Source of the DNA: an uncultured Chloroflexia bacterium
Lineage (GTDB): Bacteria > Chloroflexota > Anaerolineae > CG2-30-64-16
Assembly (NCBI GenBank): GCA_963810095.1
Contig: CAWEMM010000008.1
Span: 64,001-128,000, forward strand
Length of the DNA: 64,000 nucleotides
Direction: 5' to 3'
This document shows positions 21,552-32,310 of this stretch, piece by piece (the stretch's first letter is position 1; each line of letters begins with the position of its first letter). Position numbers and translations under genes: made by a program. The notes under the pieces were generated by a model that was given only the letters and a program-made list of their open reading frames with translations, made no database searches and had not been told where the DNA came from.

Positions 21552-22541
21552 TCACGGGCCGATCCCCCGGGTATAGAGGAATGCCAGGCCTGCGCCATAG
21601 ACGACGATGATCGCGAGCGCATCGGCTTCCACGAACAGCAGGCGCCGCTCGACACGTGCCAGGTTGCCGATCAGGGCCAACCCAGTGAGCACGAGGCCGA
21701 GGAGCGCGACCAGGGCGAACGCGGGCGGAATGGCGCTCAGGAAGGGGCCGGGCCGGTAGAAGAAGTCGCTAATGCCCAGCGCCAGCATGTTGAACGCGTT
21801 GCTGCCGAAGAGGTTGCCGATAGCGAGGTCGTAGGCGCCCAGACGCACGGCCGCGATCGAGGTCGCGACCTCGGGCAGCGAGGTCACCACGGCCACTAAC
21901 GCCGTGCCGACGAAGCCCGTCCCCATCCCCGTCAGCTCGGCAATCTGCTTGCTGCTGCTCACCAGCCACGGTGAGACCAGCACCAGGATGAGCGTGGCGC
22001 CGCCGAAACCCAACAAGGCCACCCAGAGCCGCGGCACACCGGCCAGCTCTTCCGGCTCGAGCGGCGTCTCACCTGCCGCGGCATTGTTGGACTGTATCAG
22101 GCGCACGCCGATGACATAGGTGGCGATCAGCAACAGGCTGTCGACACCGACATGCCCGATGGTGATGTCGACGTCGGCCAGAATGAAGAATGCGGCCATC
22201 CCGATCAACAAGGTGGCCAGGCTGGCGGTGAGCGCATGCTTCAGGGCGACGCGGCGCAAGATGCGGGCCTGGCGGCCAACGACATCGAGGACGGCCAGCA
22301 GCAGCATGTTGAACATGTTGCTGCCCATCAGGTTACCCGCGGCCAGCTCGGGCACACCCTGGCTAAAGGCGTTGATCGTCGTCAGAAGCTCGGGCAGCGA
22401 GGTCGCGCCCGCGAGCAGCAACGTGCCGACGAAGAGGCGGCCCAGGCCGGTGCGGGCGGCGATCGCATCGCCGTACTGTGCGAGCTTCGTCGCGGCAAAT
22501 ACGAGCAGCGCAGAGCTGCCGAAGAAGATGAGCCAGGGCAC
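21552..22541 (-). CDS. Na+/Ca2+ exchanger (CaCA family)
   Basis: Alpha repeats GATSLPE / VTSLPE and GNLMGSN / GNLFGSN. Confidence 0.9.
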   Translation of the reverse strand: MPWLIFFGSSALLVFAATKLAQYGDAIAARTGLGRLFVGTLLLAGATSLPELLTTINAFSQGVPELAAGNLMGSNMFNMLLLAVLDVVGRQARILRRVALKHALTASLATLLIGMAAFFILADVDITIGHVGVDSLLLIATYVIGVRLIQSNNAAAGETPLEPEELAGVPRLWVALLGFGGATLILVLVSPWLVSSSKQIAELTGMGTGFVGTALVAVVTSLPEVATSIAAVRLGAYDLAIGNLFGSNAFNMLALGISDFFYRPGPFLSAIPPAFALVALLGLVLTGLALIGNLARVERRLLFVEADALAIIVVYGAGLAFLYTRGIGP

Positions 22542-22905
22542 TAGCGCACTCCGGGATCGGTGGCGCGAGGCGGGGCTCCCTTCATGAAAGCCAGGGGCCA
22601 GGCAGCCCAACTCCCGGCGCCCGAGACTGCGAGATCGCCCACCACCAGTTCGGTGGCCGTCAGGCACTGCTCTGCCGCCGCCTCGATCGGGGACGATGCC
22701 GAACAGGGTGAAGTTGGCCTGTTCGGTTTCAATCCCGAGGTTCTCGACGTTGCGCCGCGCGATGTACAAGCCCGAGCGCGGAACGGCGCCGGTGCGCTCC
22801 TGCGCCTTCGACCGAGGTGAGGCCCACTGCCCCCGACTTTGTCCAGCCTGCCACTACTTCATCGAGGTGATCCACGTCATCCAGGACCAGCATGATCATG
22901 AACAC
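22541..22905 (-). CDS. second PII-like protein (frameshifted)
   Basis: MFMIMLVLDDVDHLDEVVAGW..SGAVGLTSVEG...FTLFGIVPD...VVGDL..GAGSWAAWPL parallels 19512..19877. Confidence 0.55.
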
Positions 22906-22908
22906 CTT

Positions 22909-24021
22909 CTACGCCTCCCAGGAACGCTCGCCTTCCATCACGAACTGCGTCAACTCCGAGACGCTCAACTTATCGATACCCAACTTGTCGAGCGTCCGTC
23001 CCCGCCGCCAGTAGTCGGTGCGGTGGATGACGCACGCCAGCCGAATGATGGCATCCATGCCGCGGACCGAAACCCCGAAGTGCTGGCCGAGCGCCGCGAT
23101 GGGCACGAGGCTCATCGGCACGTCTTCGAAGATGTAGCGATGGTTGAGGGTGCTGGGCGCATTGATGCCGAAGTACCCCGGCTGGTTGTGAATCGCTTCG
23201 TTGAGGTCGGCGCCATCCGCATCATACGCCAGCTTAAGCCACTCCAGGCCGGTGCGCCCGCGCAAGCCGAGCGAGGCGGCCACGGTTACGCGCTCGCGGT
23301 CCAACGCTTCGAGCACGCGGGCAACCGACTGCGTCACGCCGTCAATGTAGAACTGAAAGTCGCCGTGTGTGGATTCGATGCGCCCGGCGTTCAGGATGGT
23401 AAGCGCCGGGTGAAAGATGGCGCCCATGTTATTGAGGCCGGTGTGTAGGACACTAACGCCGTCGATGTACTGGGGGTAGGCCGGTAGCAGCGCGTCCAGC
23501 ACCCGCGGCGTGCGCGTCGCAGGTAGTGCGGCGACGGGCACGGCCTCTTTGATGCGGAAGATGCGCGCCTGGGCCGGACCGTCCGAGCGGCTGGCATAGA
23601 TGAACGTTTCGGCCTCGGCGACCGTGACGTCGGCGCGGCAGCCGTGATCGCGCAGCACCTTGTCGAACTCGATGGCGCCCAGTGTGCGGCCCGGATGCAA
23701 GACAAGGATCTGGCCGTCTCGGAGGTGCGGCGCGGCAGCCTTCGCGATATCGGCGTGGGCGGAAGAAGGCACCACCACCATGACCAGGTCGGCAGCGGCG
23801 AGCGCCTCGGCCATGTCGGACGTGACACACCCGATGCGGCCGAAGCCCCGCGGCCCGTCGGCGCTCTCCAAGTCGATGCCGCCGCGTGCCTTGATGGCGG
23901 CTACCCGCTCGGGCGTCCGGTTGTAGAGCGTGACCTGGCAGCCCAACAAGGCCAGGTGCGCGGCCATCGCCTTGCCGCCGTGGCCCGCGCCGATCACGGC
24001 ATAGGTTCGAGATGTCGGCAT
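22909..24021 (-). CDS. NAD(P)-dependent opine (octopine/nopaline) dehydrogenase family protein
   Basis: GAGHGG Rossmann motif; AETFIYASR, NMGAIFHP, LDRERV and HRYIFEDVP; GGAGGA RBS. Confidence 0.9.
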   Translation of the reverse strand: MPTSRTYAVIGAGHGGKAMAAHLALLGCQVTLYNRTPERVAAIKARGGIDLESADGPRGFGRIGCVTSDMAEALAAADLVMVVVPSSAHADIAKAAAPHLRDGQILVLHPGRTLGAIEFDKVLRDHGCRADVTVAEAETFIYASRSDGPAQARIFRIKEAVPVAALPATRTPRVLDALLPAYPQYIDGVSVLHTGLNNMGAIFHPALTILNAGRIESTHGDFQFYIDGVTQSVARVLEALDRERVTVAASLGLRGRTGLEWLKLAYDADGADLNEAIHNQPGYFGINAPSTLNHRYIFEDVPMSLVPIAALGQHFGVSVRGMDAIIRLACVIHRTDYWRRGRTLDKLGIDKLSVSELTQFVMEGERSWEA

Positions 24022-24047
24022 GTTTCCTCCTCCGCGCAGGGGCTTCC

Positions 24048-25394
24048 TCAGTCCTGCGGCGCGCCCTTGGTGCGTCCCATCCAGTCCAGGTTCGCAAACT
24101 CGCCGAAGTGCTCCTTGAAGATGCGGTAGTACTGGAGCTCTTCCTTCGTCCGCAGCTGCCAGCCGTTCGGCAGGACACGCTCGGCCTCGAAGTCGCGATC
24201 CGAAACGCGGCTGCCCGCGTAGTCCGCCAGCAAGTCGCCAACCCCCGCGCCCTCCCAGAACTTGGACTTCGTCCGGGTGAGGATCTTGTCCGGCAGCAGG
24301 CCGATTAAAGCCTGGCGCAGGATCCACTTTTCGACGCCATCGCGCAGCTTCAGCTCGGTGGGTATGCGCAGCGCATAGTCGACGAAATCAAGACCCAGAA
24401 ACGGCACGTGCGCGAGCAGGCCGTGCGCCGCAGAGCAGCGGTCGACCCGCTGCAGCGCGGTGTTGTGGAGGCGCTTCGTGATGTCGAGCAACTCGGAGGT
24501 CAGCGCGGCCTGCGGCATCTCCTTCAGGTAGGCGTAGCCGGCGAACAACTCGTCGCCGCCCTCTCCCGAAAGAGTGGCCGGCGCATAATCCGCCGCGGCG
24601 CGACCGGCGAGGTAGTTGATGATGCTGGAGCGCACCAGCAGGGCATCAAATGACTCGAGGTGATAAATGACAGCCGGAAGCACGGCGAGCATTTCGTCGA
24701 AAGTGACCTCGATCTCGTGGTGTTGCGAGCCGATGAAGGATGCGACCGTGCGAGCCGCGGCCAGATCCGGCGCGCCGCATACTCCTGCCGCAAAGGTGTG
24801 CAAGCGACGCACGGTGCGGGCGGCAAGCGCCGCGATGCCGCTGGAATCGAGGCCCCCCGAGAGCCAACATGCCATGTCGTCCTCGTCCGTGACGCAGTCC
24901 TGCACCGCGGTTGTCATTCGCCGCCGCAAATCCTTCGCAACGCTCGGAAAATCGGCTGCGATGGGTGGTTCGGAATGAAGCCGGTAGAACGGTCGGATCT
25001 CGGCCCCGTCGTACAGGGTGCCGGGAGGCAAGGAACGCACCTCCCTCGAAAATGGCAGGAGCGCCTTGACTTCCGAGGCGAAGTATAGCGCCCCAGCGTC
25101 GCCGTGCGTGTAATACAGCGGCGCAACGCCGAGCGGATCGCGCAGCAGGCTCAACCGGGTCATCTCCGCGGTCGCGCGCGCCATGCGGCCTGAGCCCGCA
25201 CTGTCTTGCGCGGCCTGGGCGCGCTCGAGGGTTTGCCCTGCGAACGCCTGGCTACGCGACCACGCCACGCCCAGGGTCGCGGCCTCGGTCTCGATCACCG
25301 CGCGCCCAGCGGGGCCGCGGTGCGCCTGCACAGCCAACATGGACTGGACGTCGGAACGCGAGCATGGCGGGCTACAGCCAGCGATTGCTGACAT
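24048..25394 (-). CDS. asparagine synthetase-like ATP-dependent amide ligase lacking the N-terminal catalytic Cys
   Basis: Starts MSAIAG (canonical MCGIAG); HRGP, RDPLGVAPLYY, ASEVKAL, SGGLDSS, SGEGGDELFAGY and EKWILR. Confidence 0.85.
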   Translation of the reverse strand: MSAIAGCSPPCSRSDVQSMLAVQAHRGPAGRAVIETEAATLGVAWSRSQAFAGQTLERAQAAQDSAGSGRMARATAEMTRLSLLRDPLGVAPLYYTHGDAGALYFASEVKALLPFSREVRSLPPGTLYDGAEIRPFYRLHSEPPIAADFPSVAKDLRRRMTTAVQDCVTDEDDMACWLSGGLDSSGIAALAARTVRRLHTFAAGVCGAPDLAAARTVASFIGSQHHEIEVTFDEMLAVLPAVIYHLESFDALLVRSSIINYLAGRAAADYAPATLSGEGGDELFAGYAYLKEMPQAALTSELLDITKRLHNTALQRVDRCSAAHGLLAHVPFLGLDFVDYALRIPTELKLRDGVEKWILRQALIGLLPDKILTRTKSKFWEGAGVGDLLADYAGSRVSDRDFEAERVLPNGWQLRTKEELQYYRIFKEHFGEFANLDWMGRTKGAPQD

Positions 25395-25406
25395 TGGTTG
25401 CTCCTT

Positions 25407-27058
25407 CTACTGGCCGGGCAGATCCAGCGCAGCCAGTCGCGTTGCCTCGGGCAAGACCTCCGTGCCGCTTGGCCCGACCGCCACGCAGGCGCCCCGGCGA
25501 TCGATACGCGTCACGACGGACCCGCGCCCGAAGCGGTTGTTGCGCAGCTGCGGCGCGTCGAGGATGCCACTCGTCACGGCGGCGCACAGGGTGCCCGGAT
25601 CAGTAAAGGGATCGTGTACGCCGGTCCCGGCGCGGCCGCCGATCGCTTGGAGTGTCAGCCGAGCTTCTGCCGCCAGCTCGGCGGCGCGTTCCTGCACGCG
25701 CATCGTTTCCAGCATGTCCGGCGCGCCGGCCAGCGCGTTCTCGATGGCCCGCCGCGCCACCTTGCATGCCGCAATCACATCCTCGGCCGTCGCCGCGTGG
25801 TGCGCCTCGGTATGGCCCACGACGTGCACGATATGCGGCTTGAGGGCCATCTGCAGATAAGTCGCTGCGGCCAGGTGGCCGCGTGCGGCCTCGGGATCCA
25901 GCGGGTGGCTCAGCAGGCCGACGCGAACCTGACGGTAGATGCGGAAGTCCTCTCCAGCGAGCGGCTCAATGAGTTGGAGACACGCCTGCATCTTCGCCAG
26001 ATCCATGGCATCGGACAGGCCCGGTGGGCTGTTGAACATGAATTGCGCGATGTAGTCGTGGACGCCGGACGCGCGCGGCGTTGTAGGCGGAGAGATAGGC
26101 GGCAACGACGAAGACGACGTCCGGCGCATCGCGCATGCCCCAGTGATGCGGCTCGTTGAGCTCGACGGGGATATTCGCTCGACCCGTACCAGGCCATCAA
26201 CTCCTGATGGAGACGGATCGACGACGCCAGGTCGTGTGGCCCGCGGCCGTCCATGGCGTTGAACCAGAAGAGCGGCACTGCCGCCCACGCGATGTTGATG
26301 GTATCCACGTACATCTCGGCAAGACGCACGAAGTCGTCAGTTCCCGAGTAGGTGCGCATGAGGGGGAAGTTGCCGCGGCGGCTGGCGGCATAGAGCGCGC
26401 GGTAGTTCTCCGGGCTCCGCACCGGCACCCCGCCGGCGCCGGTGCGCCGCGGGTCCTGGCGCTCCGGATGAAAGAAGTTCTCCTGCGCATCCTGGTCCGT
26501 GCCGAGCGAGATGACGTCGAGCACCTTCGCGTCGGCGATCTGCACGATCCCTGCCAACGTCGCTTCCATCGTCGGCAGGCCGAAATGGTGCCGGATCAGC
26601 GGGTACGGCGCCTTCCAGGCGATCCGCTCGACGGTCGACTGCGGGTAGGCATCCTCAGTTGCGGCTGCGGGGGAACCGCGCAGATATGCGGTTACTTCTT
26701 CAGGCGGCTGCGAGCCGTCGAAAACCCGCTCGAAGAAGCCGATCCTGGCGGCCCGTTCGGCCACGGGCGGCGTGCCGCCGAACGCGAACCGCACCCCACG
26801 CTCGCGGAGGTCGTCGGCCGCCTCGGCGAACTCGGCCAACAGCCGCTCGCCGGTGTCCGGTGTCAGACGGTACGAGATGCCGACGAGGTCCGCGCCTTCA
26901 GTCACCGCTACGTGCAGCACTCGCTCCACCGGTACTGCGGGGCCGAGAAAGACCGTGCGCCAGCCGGCCGCCTCCGCGAGGCGCAGGAAGTTCATCACAC
27001 CCGCGACGTGCACGCACTCCCCTAACGCGGCGGCCACAACCGTCTTCTGTCCCACCAT
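25407..27058 (-). CDS. uncharacterised cobalamin-binding enzyme: N-terminal B12-binding domain plus large C-terminal domain (frameshifts near 26170 and 26070)
   Basis: GECVHVAG (variant of DxHxxG), VGISYRL and AFGGT B12-domain motifs; IRHHFG, MRTYSGT, HHWGMRDA, QFMFNSP and HVVGHTEAHH in the catalytic region. Confidence 0.75.
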
Positions 27059-27098
27059 AAACGGCGCCCCTCTCACGGAAATTTCATCCGCATTCATC

Positions 27099-27150
27099 TT
27101 GACAAAGGATCATTCCTCCCTATACTACAAGTGTTACTTCCCGGTGTCAA
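27099..27150. promoter_or_regulatory. overlapping divergent sigma70-type promoters
   Basis: Plus strand: TTGACA 27099, N16, TATACT 27121. Minus strand: TTGACA 27150-27145, N17, TAGTAT 27127-27122. Confidence 0.65.
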
Positions 27151-27174
27151 GTCGCACCCCAGAAGGAGCGCAAG

Positions 27175-27999
27175 ATGGCGCAAACCGAACCCCTACCCAA
27201 TCTTTTGCTGATGATACGTGGACTGCTGCCCTCGCTCAACGAGCAGGAGCAGAAGGTCGGCCAGTACGTGCTGGACCACCCGTACGAGGTCATCCATCTC
27301 GCCATGGTGGAGCTTGCCGAGCGCTGCGGCGTCGGCGACACGACGATCTTCCGCTTCTGCCGCCGGGTGAAGACGGAGGGGTACCAGGATTTCAAGATCG
27401 CCCTCGCGCAGGAACTGACGCCCGCCAACCCACCCGTGTACGAGGCGGTCGCGGCGGGCGACAGCGCGGCCGCGGCCGCGCAAAAGGCGATCGCCGGCGA
27501 CGTCAAGGCGCTGGAGGACACGCTCCGCGTGCTCGACCTGGCGGCGTTGGACCGGGCCGGCGACGCCCTGCTGCGGGCGCGACGCGTCGACGTCTACGGG
27601 TCGGGCGGCGCCGCGGTCGCCGCACACGAGCTGCAGTACAAGCTGCTGCGGCTCGGGCGTGCGCGCGCTGGCGCTCACCGACGCGCAGATGGAGGTCATG
27701 TCCGCCGGGATGCTCACGGCAGACGACGTGGCGGTGGGGTTTTCGCACTCGGGCACGGCCGCGGACGTGCGTCAGGCGCTGGCCAAGGCGAAAGAGTGCG
27801 GCGCGACCACGATCGCGGTCACCAACCACCCAGCCTCGCCGATCGCACAGCTGGCCGACATCAGCCTCTGCACGGCCGCGCAGGACGCGGTCGGGCATGG
27901 CTATCCGCTGGGCGCACGGGTAGCTCAGGTCGGCCTGATCGACGTGCTGTATACGTGCCTCTTGCTCAAGCAGGGAAATGCGGTCCGAAGCTCAAATAG
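27175..27999 (+). CDS. RpiR/MurR family regulator (HTH + SIS; frameshift near 27660)
   Basis: ELAERCGVGDTTIFRFCR...GYQDFK HTH; YGSGG, FSHSG and AVTN..SP SIS motifs. Confidence 0.85.
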   Translation: MAQTEPLPNLLLMIRGLLPSLNEQEQKVGQYVLDHPYEVIHLAMVELAERCGVGDTTIFRFCRRVKTEGYQDFKIALAQELTPANPPVYEAVAAGDSAAAAAQKAIAGDVKALEDTLRVLDLAALDRAGDALLRARRVDVYGSGGAAVAAHELQYKLLRLGRARAGAHRRADGGHVRRDAHGRRRGGGVFALGHGRGRASGAGQGERVRRDHDRGHQPPSLADRTAGRHQPLHGRAGRGRAWLSAGRTGSSGRPDRRAVYVPLAQAGKCGPKLK

Positions 28000-28012
28000 T
28001 GGGGAGCCAGCA

Positions 28013-28495
28013 ATGATCGCCTCGTGCATGAAACGCCAGGTGGTGTCGGTTGGGCTGGAGACGACGGCTGAAGAGGCCGCGCGCCTCGTCATGTCGCACC
28101 ACATCGGCACGCTGCCGGTGGTAGATGAGCAGGGCGTGCTGGTCGGGGTCGTCCGCCTGCAAGACCTGCTGCAGGTGTTCATGCCCGACTTTGTGGCGCT
28201 GCTCGACAACATCGACTTCATTCCCAGCTTCGGCGCCGTCGAGATCCTGCAGCCCCACGACCTGCCGGGCGCTCGGAATCGGCCGATGCGAGACCTGATG
28301 CAGGAGCCGGTCTCGGTCGAGCAGACGTCCGGGTTGCTGCGCGCGCTCGCAACACTGTCCAAACACCAGCTGGCGGATCTGCCCGTGGTCAACGACGCGG
28401 GCGCGCTCGTCGGCATCGCCTCGCGCGTGGACATCGCGGCCGAGTTCTTCGCCCGCTGGCTGCAGGCTGCGTCGTCGCAGCGGCCGCAGCGGTGA
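28013..28495 (+). CDS. tandem CBS domain protein
   Basis: LPVVDEQGVLVGVV / LPVVNDAGALVGIASRVDI; GGGGAG RBS. Confidence 0.85.
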   Translation: MIASCMKRQVVSVGLETTAEEAARLVMSHHIGTLPVVDEQGVLVGVVRLQDLLQVFMPDFVALLDNIDFIPSFGAVEILQPHDLPGARNRPMRDLMQEPVSVEQTSGLLRALATLSKHQLADLPVVNDAGALVGIASRVDIAAEFFARWLQAASSQRPQR

Positions 28496-29788
28496 ACCTG
28501 TCCCAGTTTGCCGCAACCGCGGTGTTCGTGGCCACGTTTGTCGCCATCCTGTCCGAGCGTCTGCACCGGACGATCGCGGCGATGGCCGGCGCGGGCGTGA
28601 TGCTCGTCGTCGGGATGATCGCTGGGCTTCTACGACCAGGAAGCGGCTCTGCGCGCGATCGACTTCAACACGCTCGGACTGCTGCTCGGCATGATGATCC
28701 TTGTCCGCATGCTGCAGCAGACCGGCTTCTTTCAGTTTGCCGCGATTGCGGTGGGGAAACGGGCGCGCGGCCGCCCGCTCCTGCTCCTTGTCGCGCTGGG
28801 CACGCTCACGACGGTCCTCTCGATGTTCATGGACAACGTGACCACCGTCGTGCTCATCGCGCCGGTGACGATCCTGATCGCCGAGATCCTGGGCATCAGC
28901 CCGATCCCGCTGTTGATGGCTGAGGCGCTGCTTTCCGACACCGGCGGCGTCGCGACCCTGGTGGGCGATCCGCCGAACGTCCTGATCGGGTCGGCCGCCG
29001 GGTTCAGCTTCGTTGCCTTCCTCACCCACCTCGCGCCGATCGTGCTGGTCGCCTGGCTGGTCGCACTCGTCGTGCTGCGGATCGTCTTTCGGCGCGAGCT
29101 CAAGCAGGGGCCGCGGGACGTCGCTGCGCTGCTCGAGATGGACGAACGAGCCGGCCTCCACGATCCGGTCGCGCTGCGGAAGATCCTGATCACGCTGGGC
29201 GGGGTCATCCTGTTGTTCTTCCTGCAGGAGCGGCTGCACCTCGCGCCGGGCGCCATCGCGCTGCTGGGAGCCGCGGCCGCGCTGCTGTGGGTGCGCCCGG
29301 ACGTCGAGGAGACGCTCCGGCACATCGAGTGGCCCGTCCTGCTGTTCTTCGCGGCCCTGTTTGTCGCGACCGGCGGACTGCAGGCTTCAGGCGTTCTGGC
29401 GCTGCTCGCCGACCGGGTGGCGGGTCTCGCCCAGGATGACCTTCTGGCCGCGAGCTTACTCATGCTCTGGCTGGCTGCCGGCATCTCGGCAGTCGTCGAC
29501 AACATCCCGTTTACGATCGCGATGCTGCCGGTCATCGCACAGCTGGGCACGCTGGGCGTAAATGCCGTCCCGCTCTACTGGGCGCTGGCCCTGGGTGCGG
29601 GGTTCGGCGGAAACGGGACGCCGATCGGTTCAACCGCTAACGTAATCACCGTTTCGCTCAGCGAGAAAACCCGCACGCCAATCACGACGCGCATCTGGCT
29701 GCGTTCGGGGCTGCCGGTCATGCTGGCGACGTGCGCGGTTGCGACGTTGATGTTCGTCCTGTTCTTCGGCTGGATGCAGACGCGGTGA
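28492..29788 (+). CDS. ArsB/NhaD (IT superfamily) transporter (frameshift near 28625)
   Basis: IDFNTLGLLLGMM, DNVTTV, GGVATLVGDPPN, VDNIP and GGNGTPIGSTAN. Confidence 0.85.
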
Positions 29789-29815
29789 CCTCGCGCGGGA
29801 CGGAGGCACGGTAGG

Positions 29816-29995
29816 ATGCAGCGACTTCCGATCCTGGTGGTCTTGCTCAGCGCGCTGGGCGGGATCTGGTTTCTGGTCCTGGCGGTGCAATTTCTGCGCC
29901 GGGGCGACTGGACGATGGCCGTGCTGGCCGGCGCGGCGGGGCTTGGTCTGTTGTGGTTGGCACGCGAGGATTTCTCCGGGGCGCGCCGGCTATAA
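29816..29995 (+). CDS. small 2-TM membrane protein (59 aa; below the ORF-track cutoff)
   Basis: GGAGG RBS; MQRLPILVVLLSALGGIWFLVLAVQF... Confidence 0.5.
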   Translation: MQRLPILVVLLSALGGIWFLVLAVQFLRRGDWTMAVLAGAAGLGLLWLAREDFSGARRL

Positions 29996-30264
29996 GGTAT
30001 TGACGCTGTGCGGCCGGTTTGTCTCTGCCCGCAGCAACGCCCGCGCTGACGGGGTCACCGGGAAGTCAAGGGACAGAAGGCGGAGATAAATCTCAGCCCT
30101 GCGCAGAATTCTCGTCCCCTACAACGAGAGTGCGACCCTCATCAAAGGTGAGCCACGAGACTTGCTGGCCGAGCAGGCCCGCATCGCAAGCGCGCAGGCT
30201 CGGCGATCCCATCGTACACACCACCAGCCTGACCCACATCATATACAGGGCGCTCCAATGGGTG

Positions 30265-30288
30265 TAGAATATGCAAACATTGGTATAT
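30265..30288 (+). promoter_or_regulatory. -10 box and imperfect ArsR operator
   Basis: TAGAAT overlapping ATATGCAA-ACAT-TGGTATAT. Confidence 0.5.
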
Positions 30289-30302
30289 AGGGAAGAGAGC
30301 AT

Positions 30303-30692
30303 ATGGGAATGTATGAACGACAAGCAGCTTTGCTAAAGGCCATCGGCCATCCGGTGCGCCTCAAGATTGTCGATTTGCTGCGGACGGAGTCAGAGTGTGT
30401 CTGCCATCTGTCGACTGCGCTGGACAAACCGCAGCCCTATGTATCCCAGCAACTGGCGATCTTGCGCAATGCCGGCGTGATCGTAGACGAGCGTGACGGC
30501 ACAAACATCTTCTACCGCCTTGCGGACGACAATGTCGCGCGCCAGGTGACGGCGGCTTGCCAGGACTGCGACGATGCGGACGCGAACGGCGATGGGAATG
30601 GCCAAGCCAGCCGGATGTTGGCCGACTGCAACTGTCCGAAGTGCTTGATGGCGCGCGGACTGGGCGCGGAAGCACACCAGGTCAAGTGCTGA
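30303..30692 (+). CDS. arsR: ArsR/SmtB regulator
   Basis: GHPVRLKI, ECVCHL and VSQQLAILR; C-terminal CNCPKC. Confidence 0.9.
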   Translation: MGMYERQAALLKAIGHPVRLKIVDLLRTESECVCHLSTALDKPQPYVSQQLAILRNAGVIVDERDGTNIFYRLADDNVARQVTAACQDCDDADANGDGNGQASRMLADCNCPKCLMARGLGAEAHQVKC

Positions 30693-30783
30693 ACCGATTA
30701 TGCGGCGAGCGATCCTGTTTCGTCGTTGACGGGGAAAAGCCCTGGTCCTTCACACAACATTCTACCCCCTGGAGGCATGCATT

Positions 30784-31065
30784 ATGACCCTACACATCAA
30801 GATTCTCGGCGGCGGTTGCGCCAACTGCGACCGTCTGGCCGCGAAACGCCAAGCAGGCAGTAGCCCAACTTGGCGTGGAAGCGACGTTCGAGAAGAGCGG
30901 CGACTACACGGAGTACCCCGGTACAGCCTGCTGGCCACGCCCGGCTTGGTCGTGAACGACAAGCTCCTAAGCGGCGGCCGCGTCCCGTCTCCCGAGCAGA
31001 TCGTGACGATGTTGGCTAACGTTCTGGCAGGCGGACGCCAATTAGGCCGGCGCCCCACGCAATAA
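30784..31065 (+). CDS. MTH895-like small thioredoxin (internal indels likely)
   Basis: [11 protein letters not shown]...ATPGLVVN...GRVP. Confidence 0.75.
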   Translation: MTLHIKILGGGCANCDRLAAKRQAGSSPTWRGSDVREERRLHGVPRYSLLATPGLVVNDKLLSGGRVPSPEQIVTMLANVLAGGRQLGRRPTQ

Positions 31066-31094
31066 GGCCTTCATCCATTCGAAGGAGAAACATT

Positions 31095-32246
<1,152 letters not shown>

Positions 32247-32310
32247 TAGCTTTGGGCCTGGCACTGTGGCGGACGACGCCGCTGCGCCAGGCCCTTTTCG
32301 CGGGTAAACG

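Noticed and set aside
27659-28495. Apparent SIS-CBS (KdsD/GutQ-like) fusion in the ORF track
   Set aside because: The SIS part belongs to the frameshifted RpiR, and the CBS gene has its own RBS and ATG at 28013
30690-30692. TGA stops after terminal Cys motifs (also 45912 and 51570) as Sec read-through
   Set aside because: The proteins are already full length and no convincing SECIS follows
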